Below are positions 43,204 to 54,536 of a DNA stretch of 64,000 bases, piece by piece (the first letter of the stretch is position 1; every line of letters starts with the position of its first letter). Below the pieces are notes generated by a model. The model worked only from the letters and a program-made list of their open reading frames with translations. It did not search any database and was not told the origin of the DNA. This DNA is from Vicinamibacterales bacterium. Lineage in GTDB: Bacteria; Acidobacteriota; Vicinamibacteria; Vicinamibacterales; UBA2999. The stretch lies in assembly GCA_035649395.1 (NCBI GenBank), contig DASRJR010000174.1, positions 9,353 to 73,352 of the forward strand, given 5' to 3'. The translations under genes and the position numbers were made by a program.

Positions 43204-44298
43204 TCAACCCTTCTTCCGCTCGAACTCCCTCATGAATTCGACGAGCGTGTCGACGCCTTCCTCGGGAAACGCGTTGTAGATCGAGGCACGCATCCCGCCA
43301 ACCGAACGGTGGCCCTTGAGACCGTCGAGCCCGGCTGCCGTGGCGTCCTTCTCGAACGTCTTCTCGAGTTCCTCGCTTCGCAGGCGGAAGGTCACGTTCA
43401 TCGACGACCGGCTCGTGGGCTGTGCCGTGCCGCGGTAGAAACCGGTCCGGTCGATCTCGGCATATAGCTTGGCCGCCTTGCGCTCGTTGATTCTGGCGAT
43501 CGCCGCAAGGCCACCGAGAGACAGCAGCCATTTCATCGTGAGCCCGAGGATGTAGATGCCGAAGGTGTTGGGCGTGTTGTAGAGCGAATTGTTGTCGGCC
43601 TGCACCTTGTAGTTCAGCATCACCGGCAGGCTCGACTGCGATCGCGTCAGCAGATCTTCACGAATGAAGACGAGGGTCACTCCGGATGGCCCGAGGTTCT
43701 TCTGGGCCCCGGCGTAGAGCAGACCGAAGCGGCCGATGTCGAGGGGACCGCTGAAGATGTCAGACGAGGCATCGGCAACGAGCGGAACATCGGCAGAGAC
43801 GGCGGGAAGTGCGCGCCACTCGGTCCCCTCGATGGTGTTGTTGGTGGTGATGTGCAGGTAGGCGGCCCCAGCCGTGAGCGACAGCTCGCTGGGTGTTGGA
43901 ATACGGCTGTACCCGTCGGCCTTCGTCGAGCCAGTGACGTTGACCTTGCCGACGCGTGTCGCTTCCTTGATGGCCTTGTCGGCCCAGGTGCCCGTGTCGA
44001 CGTAGTCGGCGGTCATTCCGGGCCCGAGCAGGTTCATCGGGACCATCGAAAACTGGAGGCTCGCACCGCCCTGCAGCATGAGGATCTTGTAGTTCGGCGG
44101 AATGGCTGCCAGCTGGCGAATGTCCGCAATCGCGCCGTTCAACAGATCCTCGAATGTCTTCGAGCGGTGGCTGATCTCCATCACCGACATGCCAACACCG
44201 GGCAGCGACACGAGCTCACGCTGTGCCTGCTCGAGCACCGGCAATGGAAGCACCGCGGGACCCGCCGAGAAGTTGAAGATGCGAGTAGCTGTCGGCAT
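43204..44298 (-). CDS. serC: phosphoserine aminotransferase
   Basis: FNFSAGPAVLPLPVLEQAQRE, SHRSKTFE, YAGAQKNLGPSGVT (PLP lysine motif), GGMRASIYNA. Confidence 0.95.
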   Translation of the reverse strand: MPTATRIFNFSAGPAVLPLPVLEQAQRELVSLPGVGMSVMEISHRSKTFEDLLNGAIADIRQLAAIPPNYKILMLQGGASLQFSMVPMNLLGPGMTADYVDTGTWADKAIKEATRVGKVNVTGSTKADGYSRIPTPSELSLTAGAAYLHITTNNTIEGTEWRALPAVSADVPLVADASSDIFSGPLDIGRFGLLYAGAQKNLGPSGVTLVFIREDLLTRSQSSLPVMLNYKVQADNNSLYNTPNTFGIYILGLTMKWLLSLGGLAAIARINERKAAKLYAEIDRTGFYRGTAQPTSRSSMNVTFRLRSEELEKTFEKDATAAGLDGLKGHRSVGGMRASIYNAFPEEGVDTLVEFMREFERKKG

Positions 44299-44343
44299 AA
44301 CGAACCCTTCTTACCCGTCGCGGCGCGTCGTCAGACCCGCCGA

Positions 44344-45564
44344 TCAGATTTCATGAATGAGCAGGCCGTCGCGCAGCTTCGGCTCGAACCAGGTCGACTT
44401 TGGCGGCATGATGCCGGCGGCATCGGCGATGGCCATCAGGTCGTCGACGCCGGGCGGATACATCGAGAATGCGACCGCGGCACGCCCGGACCGCACAAGA
44501 GATTCGAGCTCCGTCGTGCCTCTCGCTCCACCCACGAAGTCGATCCGCGGATCGGTCCTGATGTCGCCGATGCCGAGCAGTGGCGTGAGGACGCCGTCCT
44601 GCAAGCGGCTGACGTCGAGTCGATCTGGAGGCGACGCCGCGGAGCCCGCGTCGCCGAGGACAATCGTTCGCCACTGGTCGCCGAGGAACATCGCCACTTC
44701 GCCCCGCCGCTCTGGCGCTGCGGGCCCGTTCTCTCTGATCGTGAACCGTTCGCCGATCGCGCGCAAGAGGGCCGCACTTGTCAGGCTGGCAAGATCCTTC
44801 ACCACGCGGTTGTACGGCAGAATCCGCACCTCCACGTCCGGAAACGCCACGGCCAGAAACGTGTCCCACTCCCCCGCCGTTCCGGCAGAGCCACGCAATT
44901 CGTGACGCGCTCGCGCGGCGCTGGCCGCACGATGGTGACCGTCAGCGATGTACAACGCCGGAATGCCGGCGAACAGATCGACGAGGGTGCGCGTCTCGTC
45001 GGGGCCGACCCGCCACACGGTGTGGCGCACACCATCTCCTGCGGTGAAGTCATACAAAGCGGGCGCTGCCTCCGCCCGTCGAGCGATCGCCGCAATGGCC
45101 GGCACACCGCGATGGACCAGAAACACGGGACCCGTTTGCGCGCGCAGTGCCAGCAGGTGCCGCGTCCGGTCGTCTTCTTTGTCCCGGCGCGTGCGCTCGT
45201 GCTTCTTGATCACACCGCGGTCGTACTCCTCCATCGAGAAGCAGGCAGCGATACCGGTCTGCTCGTGAGTGCCCGCGCGCAGGCGGTACACGTACAGACT
45301 CGGCACGTCCTCCTTCAGCAGCGGCGCGTCGCGTCTGAGCGTTTCGAAGCTGGCTGTCGCGCGTTCGTAGACCTCGTTCGAATGCAGGTCGATGCCCGGC
45401 GCGAGATCGATTTCGGCGCGTGAGACATGGAGAAAGCTGAGGGGATTGCCCGCGGCCTGGGCCCTGGCTTCGTCAGTATTGACAACGTCGTACGGCACGG
45501 CGGCAACGCGTGCCGCGGCGATCGGAGCAGGGCGAAGAGCGCGAAACGGCGCGAGAACGGCCAC
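44344..45564 (-). CDS. DUF1015 family protein
   Basis: LAPFRALRPAPIAAARVAAVPYDVVNTDEAR, YIADGHHR and the overall 406-aa length are typical of DUF1015. Confidence 0.8.
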   Translation of the reverse strand: MAVLAPFRALRPAPIAAARVAAVPYDVVNTDEARAQAAGNPLSFLHVSRAEIDLAPGIDLHSNEVYERATASFETLRRDAPLLKEDVPSLYVYRLRAGTHEQTGIAACFSMEEYDRGVIKKHERTRRDKEDDRTRHLLALRAQTGPVFLVHRGVPAIAAIARRAEAAPALYDFTAGDGVRHTVWRVGPDETRTLVDLFAGIPALYIADGHHRAASAARARHELRGSAGTAGEWDTFLAVAFPDVEVRILPYNRVVKDLASLTSAALLRAIGERFTIRENGPAAPERRGEVAMFLGDQWRTIVLGDAGSAASPPDRLDVSRLQDGVLTPLLGIGDIRTDPRIDFVGGARGTTELESLVRSGRAAVAFSMYPPGVDDLMAIADAAGIMPPKSTWFEPKLRDGLLIHEI

Positions 45565-45600
45565 GCCGTGATTGTATCGGGTGTCGGCCGACCAGCCGTC

Positions 45601-46503
45601 TCAGCTGGCGCGCAGGTGCGGCAACGAATCGGCTTTCGGGACGCCACACACCTGCCGCAACGCTGTTTGCAACGCGAGTGTCGTCACTTCGTCGCGTGCG
45701 CCCGGCGCTTGGATGTCGCGGAAGACCTCGGCGGCCTCGACGGCCGAGGCGAAAACGACACGGCCGTGGAGCTGCAACGTATCCTGCAACCAGCTTCGGA
45801 GTCGCGCATTCTTCATCGCATCGTCGGACAACGTGACCTCGCTGACGACGTCGGAGGTGCCGCGCGGATACTCGTCTCGACGCAGCGTCCGGCGCACGGC
45901 GATGGCCAAGACGGCAGCGCCCAGCTGTGTGACATCGCCGCGCTGATCGAGGCGCGGCAGGCTCGCCGACGAAGGCAGCGCGAGCCCGAACTCGCGCCAC
46001 AGCGCTTCCCGGTTCCGTTCGAGTGCCTGCAATGCCTCCGCAAAGACCGCGCCGGTGAGAATGGTCGCCCCGTCGCGCTGGATGATGATGTGCGCCGGCG
46101 TCAACGCTCCGTGCGATCGCGTGGTGAGGCGCGCGTGGATCGCCGCGACCGCGTCGATGACCGATCTCGCCATGGCGAGCAGTTCGTCGTTCGAGAGCGT
46201 CAGCGTCTTGAATTCGAGCGCCGCGAGCACGTCTGACAGCGGAATGCCGTCTGGAATCGCGCTGACGATTGCGAGTGACTCACCGGAGCGCTCAATCCGG
46301 AGGACACGGCCATATGCGTCCGCGTACGCGCTCGTCAGATGCGCCGCTCGGGCTCGGATCGCTTGCTCCGCTGGCCACGACGACAGCGACGGGGCCAACT
46401 CCAGACGCTCGACCAGACCAAGTCGCGGGTCGTCGACGATTCGGCGGACGCCGAACCCATCCTCGCGGAGTGGTGTGTTCTGGTCGTTGTCTTGGAGAAC
46501 CAT
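45601..46503 (-). CDS. kinase-like protein lacking catalytic residues (putative pseudokinase)
   Basis: C-lobe-like order: hinge LAIVSAIPDGIPLSDVL; HGALTPAH in place of HRDLKPxN; ILTGAVFA in place of KLxDFGxA; DVTQLGAAVLAI in place of DVYSLGVxLYE. No Gly-loop or VAIK lysine seen. Start placed at ATG 46501-46503 (Met68 of the track ORF). Confidence 0.45.
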   Translation of the reverse strand: MVLQDNDQNTPLREDGFGVRRIVDDPRLGLVERLELAPSLSSWPAEQAIRARAAHLTSAYADAYGRVLRIERSGESLAIVSAIPDGIPLSDVLAALEFKTLTLSNDELLAMARSVIDAVAAIHARLTTRSHGALTPAHIIIQRDGATILTGAVFAEALQALERNREALWREFGLALPSSASLPRLDQRGDVTQLGAAVLAIAVRRTLRRDEYPRGTSDVVSEVTLSDDAMKNARLRSWLQDTLQLHGRVVFASAVEAAEVFRDIQAPGARDEVTTLALQTALRQVCGVPKADSLPHLRAS

Positions 46504-46691
46504 GGAAATCTGTGAACGGTTCACCACACACTTGCAACGAGCGCGCCTGCCCAACCTTTGGAGAAAAGATGAAAATCCGCCGCGTTCCGGAACGTCGGGG
46601 AGTCGGGCCCTCGGACGGCTTACAGATCGGGGATCAATTTCGCGCGACTTGTAATCGGTCGTGACCAGGGCTGTCCCTGGCCTGGGGCACA

Positions 46692-47990
46692 ATGGGCACA
46701 TCAATGGAATTGGTGATCCTAGTCGTGGTAGCGGCTGCCGCGCTCATGGGGTATCTGCTGGCGCGTGCCCTCGCGGCGCGACAAGTGGCCGAGACACGCG
46801 AATCGAGTGCGGCCGAGCTGGCAGCGGCGCGTCAGGACGTGAAGTGGCTGCGGGAGGAAGTCGACCGTCAGAAACAGGCGCTCGGGACGGCACAGGCCCT
46901 CATCGACCGCGCCGAACAGAAACTGCGCGACAGCTTTCAGGCACTCGCCGCCGAGGCCCTCAAGGACAACCGGGCTTCGTTTTTCGATCTGGCGAAGACG
47001 TCGTTCGAGCGATATCGCCAGCCGATTACGGACACTTTGAGCCGGCTCGATGAACGCCTGGGCCAAGCCGAGCACGAACGCATCGAAGCCTACTCGCGGC
47101 TGTCGGAACAGGTGATGGCGCTGGGCGCCAGCGCGAACACGCTGTCGCGCGCACTCCGCACGCCGGCGGTCCGCGGCCGATGGGGGGAAATGCAGCTGCG
47201 CCGGGTCATCGAGATCGCGGGCATGCTGCACCATTGCGATTTCGACGAACAGCGATCGCTGTACGCCGAAACCGGCCGGCTGCGGCCCGATGTGATCGTG
47301 CATCTTCCAGGTGGCAAGCAGATCGTCGTCGATGCGAAAGCGCCACTCGAGGCGTTTCTCGATGCCCAGGAGGCTGCCGACGATGAAACGCGCGTCGCTC
47401 GGCTCCACGCGCACGCACGACAAGTGCGCGAGCATATGGACAAACTCGGCGGCAAGGCCTATTGGGAGCAGCTGGGGAACTCGCCGGAAATGGTGGTGAT
47501 GTTCCTGCCGGGCGAGACGCTGTTCAGCGCCGCGCTGCAGCACGATCTCACGCTGATCGAGTATGGGCTTCAGCAGCGCGTCCTGCTGGCGAGCCCCATC
47601 ACGTTGATCGCGCTGCTGACCACCGTGGCCCATGCATGGCGGCAGGACGCCTTGACCGACAACTATCGTGAGGTCGCGCGGCTTGGGAAAGACCTCTACG
47701 AGCGCCTGGCGATCTTCACCGAGCACTTCGACGAGATGCGCAAGAAGCTGGATGGCGCGGTGCAGGCGTACAACAAGGCCGCCGGATCATTCGAAAGCCG
47801 CGTGCTTGTCAGCGCGCGCCGGTTGAAGGAGCTGGATGTGACGACGGCCGGCGAGCTGCCGCTCGGCGAACCGATCGATACCGTGCCGCGCGTCCTCAGG
47901 CAGGCGGGCCTGATGGGCATCCCGGACGACGCAACGGCCGACGGCGACATTTCCGATCAGAGCGAAATCGCCGTGCAGAAGGTTCCGTAA
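46692..47990 (+). CDS. rmuC: DNA recombination protein RmuC
   Basis: N-terminal TM, a long coiled coil, then the RmuC nuclease-like core ([48 protein letters not shown]). Confidence 0.9.
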   Translation: MGTSMELVILVVVAAAALMGYLLARALAARQVAETRESSAAELAAARQDVKWLREEVDRQKQALGTAQALIDRAEQKLRDSFQALAAEALKDNRASFFDLAKTSFERYRQPITDTLSRLDERLGQAEHERIEAYSRLSEQVMALGASANTLSRALRTPAVRGRWGEMQLRRVIEIAGMLHHCDFDEQRSLYAETGRLRPDVIVHLPGGKQIVVDAKAPLEAFLDAQEAADDETRVARLHAHARQVREHMDKLGGKAYWEQLGNSPEMVVMFLPGETLFSAALQHDLTLIEYGLQQRVLLASPITLIALLTTVAHAWRQDALTDNYREVARLGKDLYERLAIFTEHFDEMRKKLDGAVQAYNKAAGSFESRVLVSARRLKELDVTTAGELPLGEPIDTVPRVLRQAGLMGIPDDATADGDISDQSEIAVQKVP

Positions 47991-48051
47991 GCCACGGAAA
48001 CGCAAAGATCGAAAGGAACCTTATAGATCCACAGTAAAATCGCAGTTTCGC

Positions 48052-49755
<1,704 letters not shown>

Positions 49756-49756
49756 A

Positions 49757-49776
49757 GCGCCGGCTTCAGCCGGCGC
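49757..49776. terminator. 8-bp-stem hairpin between convergent glnS and malQ
   Basis: GCGCCGGC-TTCA-GCCGGCGC, starting 2 nt after the glnS stop. Its core CCGGCTTCAGCCGG is the reverse complement of the core of the repeat copy at 3172-3185. Confidence 0.7.
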
Positions 49777-49789
49777 GTCGCTTCGAGCC

Positions 49790-51382
49790 CTATCGGTCGT
49801 GCCGTTCAGCCCAGTCTCGCAGCCGCTTCGCCGCCGTGAGCGCGTCAGGTACCGAGATCATCCGATCGCTGGGCCAGGGAAGTTTCCAGGTCCAATTGTG
49901 CGGACCCACCGTCGCCGGCTGATTGATTCGCTCGCGCCAGCCGAAGACGTCCTGAATCGGCAGCACCAGCAGGTCGGCGCCCGATGCGAACAACGATTCG
50001 AGGAGAGCGTCGCGAACGGTCGCCGACAAGTGCTTCGCGTCGATCGCCGTCGTGCGCTCGTCGGCGTTGAGACGCTCGCGGACCGACCCGATCTCGAGGA
50101 TCGCTCGACGCTCCTCGACCGGCGCGTTCTCCCACCAGATGACGAGCGGCTCTGTGTCGTGTGTTCCCGAGGTGGCCACGGCCATGCGCGCATAGTCGAT
50201 CGGATCCTTGAAAGGTCGGCCGGGGGTGTGCCAGTGCCGCTCCCATCTGAACACCTTGTAGCCGGGGATGGCGAGCCGAGCCAACGACTCGCGGACAAAA
50301 TCGGGAACGACGCCGAGATCTTCCGCGATGATTTCCGCTCGCGTCTCGAGAAAGAGACCGAGGATTCGCTCGCCGAGCTGCTGTTGCTCCCATTGCTCGG
50401 CCGGCGTGAACGTCCCCTCACCACCGGTGATCGGCCTGGTGTACATCCGGAAAAAGCCTACGAGGTGATCGAGACGGCAGCCGTCGAACAGATCGGCCAG
50501 GCGTCTGGCGCGCTGTCGCAGGAGCGAGAAGTCGCGGGAGGCGAGCACGTCCCATCGATATGCCGGCAGCCGCCAGTCCTGTCCGGTCGCACTGAACGCG
50601 TCCGGTGGGACACCGATCGACAGGTCCAACCGGAACTCGTCCTGGTGCGCCCACACGTCGGCGCTTTCGGCGCCGACGGCAAAGGGCAGGTCGCCGAACA
50701 CCGCCAGGTCGTCCGCGGCCGCGCGCGCCGCCGCCCACTGCCTATCGGCGATCCACTGCACGTATTGCCAGTACAGGATTTCGTCGGTGAGCTCCGCCCG
50801 CGCAGATGACAACGCATCGGTGTCGCGCGAGCGAATCGGCTCGGGCCAGTCGTGCCAGACACGTTCGCCGTGGCGACTCTGAAGCGCGCGAAAGAGCGCG
50901 TAGTCGTCCAGCCACCACGCCTGTGCCGTGATGTAGGTCCGGAGCAAACTGGCTCTCCGCGTATCACGTGTCCACTCCTCCCGTTGAAACCGCGCGAACG
51001 ATCGTTGCAACGCGATCTGCTTCAGGTCGCGGACATTGGCGTAGTCGATCGTCGGAGACCCGCGTGCGGCGTCGAGCCGACCTTTCAACTCCGGCTCCAG
51101 GGCTGCTTCACCACCAATCGTCGTGAAATCCTCGACGTCGTCGAGTGCGATGAACTGAGAACTCAGCGCCATTGCACTCAGCGACGAGTACGGCGACGTC
51201 TCGTCCGGCGGCATCTCGCTCAGCGGGAGCATCAGTACGATTCGCTGGCGCGCCTGCCGAAGCCACTCCGCCAGACGTGGCAGGTCAGCGAACTCGCCGA
51301 TTCCCCAGCTTCGCGTCGAGGGCACCGAAAAGAGCGGCACGAGGAGACCGGCGCGTCGCGTGCCCGGAGCGGAGCGACTCAT
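49790..51382 (-). CDS. malQ: 4-alpha-glucanotransferase (amylomaltase)
   Basis: GLLVPLFSVPSTRSWGIGEFADL, SPYSSLSAMA, RLDHLVGFFR, IAEDLGVVP, TSGTHD. Start set at ATG 51380-51382 so it does not overlap the upstream gene. Confidence 0.9.
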   Translation of the reverse strand: MSRSAPGTRRAGLLVPLFSVPSTRSWGIGEFADLPRLAEWLRQARQRIVLMLPLSEMPPDETSPYSSLSAMALSSQFIALDDVEDFTTIGGEAALEPELKGRLDAARGSPTIDYANVRDLKQIALQRSFARFQREEWTRDTRRASLLRTYITAQAWWLDDYALFRALQSRHGERVWHDWPEPIRSRDTDALSSARAELTDEILYWQYVQWIADRQWAAARAAADDLAVFGDLPFAVGAESADVWAHQDEFRLDLSIGVPPDAFSATGQDWRLPAYRWDVLASRDFSLLRQRARRLADLFDGCRLDHLVGFFRMYTRPITGGEGTFTPAEQWEQQQLGERILGLFLETRAEIIAEDLGVVPDFVRESLARLAIPGYKVFRWERHWHTPGRPFKDPIDYARMAVATSGTHDTEPLVIWWENAPVEERRAILEIGSVRERLNADERTTAIDAKHLSATVRDALLESLFASGADLLVLPIQDVFGWRERINQPATVGPHNWTWKLPWPSDRMISVPDALTAAKRLRDWAERHDR

Positions 51383-51392
51383 GACAAGTGGG

Positions 51393-52553
51393 CTACGACG
51401 AAGCGAGGCGGAGCAGGCGTTCGAGGCCATCGGCGAACGCGGCCTCGGGCGGGAGCAGGCTCATCACGACGAACGCTTCATGCGGGAAGTCGAAGAAATA
51501 CCCAGGGTGTACCAACACATGTTCGCGACGTACCAGATCGATCACGAGAGCGTCCTCACCACGCACGGCTGGTACACGTATCACGGCAGACCATCCGCCT
51601 TCCACCGGCAAGAGGTCGCACGACGGGTAGCGGCGGGCGAGGTCGCGCGCCGTCGCCAGGTTTCGCGCGAGGCGCTCTCGGATCGCGTCTCGTACGACGC
51701 GACCGCGTGAAAGCAGCCTCGGCAGCGCCACCTGGACCGGCGTGCTCACCGATAGGAATGTATCTGCGATGATCTCCAGCCCGGCCAGTGCGCGGGCGCT
51801 CACGTGCGGTGGCCCGCCGACGAGCATCCACGCAATCTTCACCTGTGGCAACCCCAGCGACTTCGACGCGCCCCCCAACGTGAACGAGAGCACCGTCGTA
51901 TCGCGAACCACTTCGGTCACGGCCGCAGAGCGATCGAGCGGGTATTCTGCGAATACCTCGTCGGCAACGAGAGCCCACCCTCGCTCCGCACACAGAGCGG
52001 CCAGTCCATCGGCCTCTGCGCGAGATACGTACGATCCGGTCGGGTTGTTCGGAGACACCAACAACACCGCCTTCGTCTCGGGCGGAGCCGCGGCGACGGA
52101 TTCGAAGTCGATTTCCCAGCGGCCGTGATAGCGCAGCTCGTACGGGACGGCACGCACCGACTCGAGCTGAGTCAGATGCTCGAACAGCGGATAGCTTGGC
52201 CGCGGCACCAGCACGCCGGTACCTGGGTCGCACAACAGCTTGAACACCCAGCTGTACGCCTCGCTCGTACTCGCCGAGAGCACGATCGACGCCGGGTCGA
52301 CCGTGACGCCGCGCCGAGCGAAATCATCGGCGACGGCGGCCCGTGCCGACAACGAGCCGAAGGGCTGCGGATCGTATCGAAACGATTTCTCGTCGCCCAG
52401 GTCCGACAGCAGATCCGCGGGATATTCGAAGCCGGCTCGAGTCGGGTTCGATTCGGTGAGGTCGATGAGGTCCGCGCCGGCGGCACGTACAGCCGCGACG
52501 GCCTGGCTGAGCGCATTGATTTCGGCATGTGCCGGCAGGCGGTTCGAGAACAT
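51393..52553 (-). CDS. PLP-dependent aminotransferase, class I/II
   Basis: LVSPNNPTG, VADEVFAEY, FTLGGASKSLGLPQVKIAW (PLP-lysine motif). Start set at MFSNRL (ATG 52551-52553). Confidence 0.85.
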   Translation of the reverse strand: MFSNRLPAHAEINALSQAVAAVRAAGADLIDLTESNPTRAGFEYPADLLSDLGDEKSFRYDPQPFGSLSARAAVADDFARRGVTVDPASIVLSASTSEAYSWVFKLLCDPGTGVLVPRPSYPLFEHLTQLESVRAVPYELRYHGRWEIDFESVAAAPPETKAVLLVSPNNPTGSYVSRAEADGLAALCAERGWALVADEVFAEYPLDRSAAVTEVVRDTTVLSFTLGGASKSLGLPQVKIAWMLVGGPPHVSARALAGLEIIADTFLSVSTPVQVALPRLLSRGRVVRDAIRERLARNLATARDLARRYPSCDLLPVEGGWSAVIRVPAVRGEDALVIDLVRREHVLVHPGYFFDFPHEAFVVMSLLPPEAAFADGLERLLRLASS

Positions 52554-52573
52554 GTTCGCTCGAGACGGTCGTC

Positions 52574-54505
52574 CTACGTGAGACGCCCGAACGCCGAATA
52601 CTCGAGCATCTGCGTCTCGAGGTCGCATGGATACGAAATCTCGACGTCGGCAATCGTGCCGTCGGGATTTCGTGTGGCTTCGAGACGCGGCATCACGAAA
52701 GCCGTGTAGGACGGCAGACGAAGCCGGTCGACGCGCGCCACGATTTCGTCGCGAAGCGCGGTATCGACCTGAATCCCATACTCCTCGAAGAGACTACGGC
52801 CGGCGGGGTAATCGCCCTCGCTCTTGATCCGCTGCACTTCGGCGAGCAAGCGGCCGACGCCGTCCCGAAAGGATGGCGCATCGGTCATCACGAAGTAGGT
52901 CTTGCCGTCGCGCGATCTCACCTGCACGGCGTCGGTATGGGCGCGGACCCAGTGCACGATCATCTGCCGCGCCCGCATGTGATCCTCTTCGATCTGCGAT
53001 CCCTGGCGCACGCGCCGCAGCTGCACGAGCACCGTACGCACGTAATGCTCGTATTCACACCTGACGATGTCGTCGTGGTGCTCGGCGGTGACGAGGCCGA
53101 GCTCGACGAGCTTCGGGTCGGGCAGGAAATAGAGCGCCACAAGGTCTGCCCGCGCCTCTTCAATCGCGGAGTACTGCTCTCCGAGCAGGCGATGTGGCGG
53201 CAGCGTCACACCATCGGCCATGCGCCCCGAACCATGGCCGATGACCTCGTGCATGTTGGTCGTCAGTTCCTGCGCATAGGCGCCCCACGTTGTTGCGCGA
53301 GCGGCTTCGTCCTCGGTCCAGGCGAACTCGACGCGAAGCCCTTCGGGCGTCGCGCGCTCGTAGGCGTCGGCCACATTCGACAGCGACACCGACTTGCTGC
53401 CGTACTGCTCGCGAATCGCCTGATCGTTCGGCAGGTTGATGCCGATTGGTGTCAGCGGACCCGAGTCGCCCGTTTCAACGACCACGTCGATGGCCCGGGC
53501 GCTGATGCCGGTGACCTGCGGTTTGCGATACCGCGCGTCCCACGGCATGTTGTCCTCGAACCACTGCGCGGCCGCCGCGAGCGACTCGACCTTTCTCGTC
53601 TTCTCGTCATTCACGTACCAGACGATGCCTTCCCACGCGCCTTTGGTCCCGCGTGGGTCCATGTAGACCTCGATGAACCCGTTGATGGTATCGACCGGCG
53701 ACTGCTGATCGCGCACCCACGCGATGTCGTAGGCAACACGGTCGGTGTCCTCGCCCGATTGATAGAACGAGATTAGCGCGCGCAGCGCGTCAGCCATCCG
53801 GGGCGGGGCGAACAGGATCGCCTCGGTCAGGTGGATGATGATTCGTCGAATCTGCGCGTCGTATCGTCCGCCGACGCGATACACCTCTTCGACCAGTCGC
53901 CCGTCACGTGCGACGAGGCGCGAGTTGAGCGCGTAGCGTTCGAGGTATGTCTCGAGATCGCGGGCCGACACGCCCGCGTAGAGATTGTTGGCGCTGGCCT
54001 CGAGGATGTCACGGCCCGCCCCAGGACTCTTGTTGGTCAGGACGGGGTCGAACGCCGCATCGAAGAACAGCGGCGCCAGCCGGTCGACGAACGCATCCAG
54101 CGATTCGCCGGCGCGGCGTGGAAACGATGCACCATCACGCTCTGCCGTCGCGATCGCCTCGCGGAGCTCGGCGCGGGTGACGCCGAGCACGAACTTGCGC
54201 GCGGTCAGATTGTTGTAAGGGCCGGTGTTGACCCAGAACAGCTTCGTGTAGTCGCGAATCTCCTGAAGCACGCGCGGCTCGATCGAGTGCGCATGAGTGA
54301 TGAGTGACTCGAGCACCTGCCGCATGTCCAGGTTATGGGCGTAGCGCTGGTCGTAGTAGATGTCGCGGCCAGCGAGGGCCGCGAGGTACAAGTGCCAGAC
54401 GAGCGTCTTGTCGCGCAGCGGTAGCGATGCGAAGCCGTCGGCGTAGAGCTGCACGATGGCGGCCTCTCCGATCTGTTCCAGCAGATGACGGCGGTCCGAT
54501 GTCAT
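52574..54505 (-). CDS. M49 family peptidase (dipeptidyl-peptidase III-like)
   Basis: Zinc motifs HEVIGHG (HExxGH) and EEARADLVALYF (EExxAD). Start set at MTSDRRHL (ATG 54503-54505). Confidence 0.75.
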   Translation of the reverse strand: MTSDRRHLLEQIGEAAIVQLYADGFASLPLRDKTLVWHLYLAALAGRDIYYDQRYAHNLDMRQVLESLITHAHSIEPRVLQEIRDYTKLFWVNTGPYNNLTARKFVLGVTRAELREAIATAERDGASFPRRAGESLDAFVDRLAPLFFDAAFDPVLTNKSPGAGRDILEASANNLYAGVSARDLETYLERYALNSRLVARDGRLVEEVYRVGGRYDAQIRRIIIHLTEAILFAPPRMADALRALISFYQSGEDTDRVAYDIAWVRDQQSPVDTINGFIEVYMDPRGTKGAWEGIVWYVNDEKTRKVESLAAAAQWFEDNMPWDARYRKPQVTGISARAIDVVVETGDSGPLTPIGINLPNDQAIREQYGSKSVSLSNVADAYERATPEGLRVEFAWTEDEAARATTWGAYAQELTTNMHEVIGHGSGRMADGVTLPPHRLLGEQYSAIEEARADLVALYFLPDPKLVELGLVTAEHHDDIVRCEYEHYVRTVLVQLRRVRQGSQIEEDHMRARQMIVHWVRAHTDAVQVRSRDGKTYFVMTDAPSFRDGVGRLLAEVQRIKSEGDYPAGRSLFEEYGIQVDTALRDEIVARVDRLRLPSYTAFVMPRLEATRNPDGTIADVEISYPCDLETQMLEYSAFGRLT

Positions 54506-54536
54506 CCGCGCCCCTGTCCGAAGCGCACATCCATCA

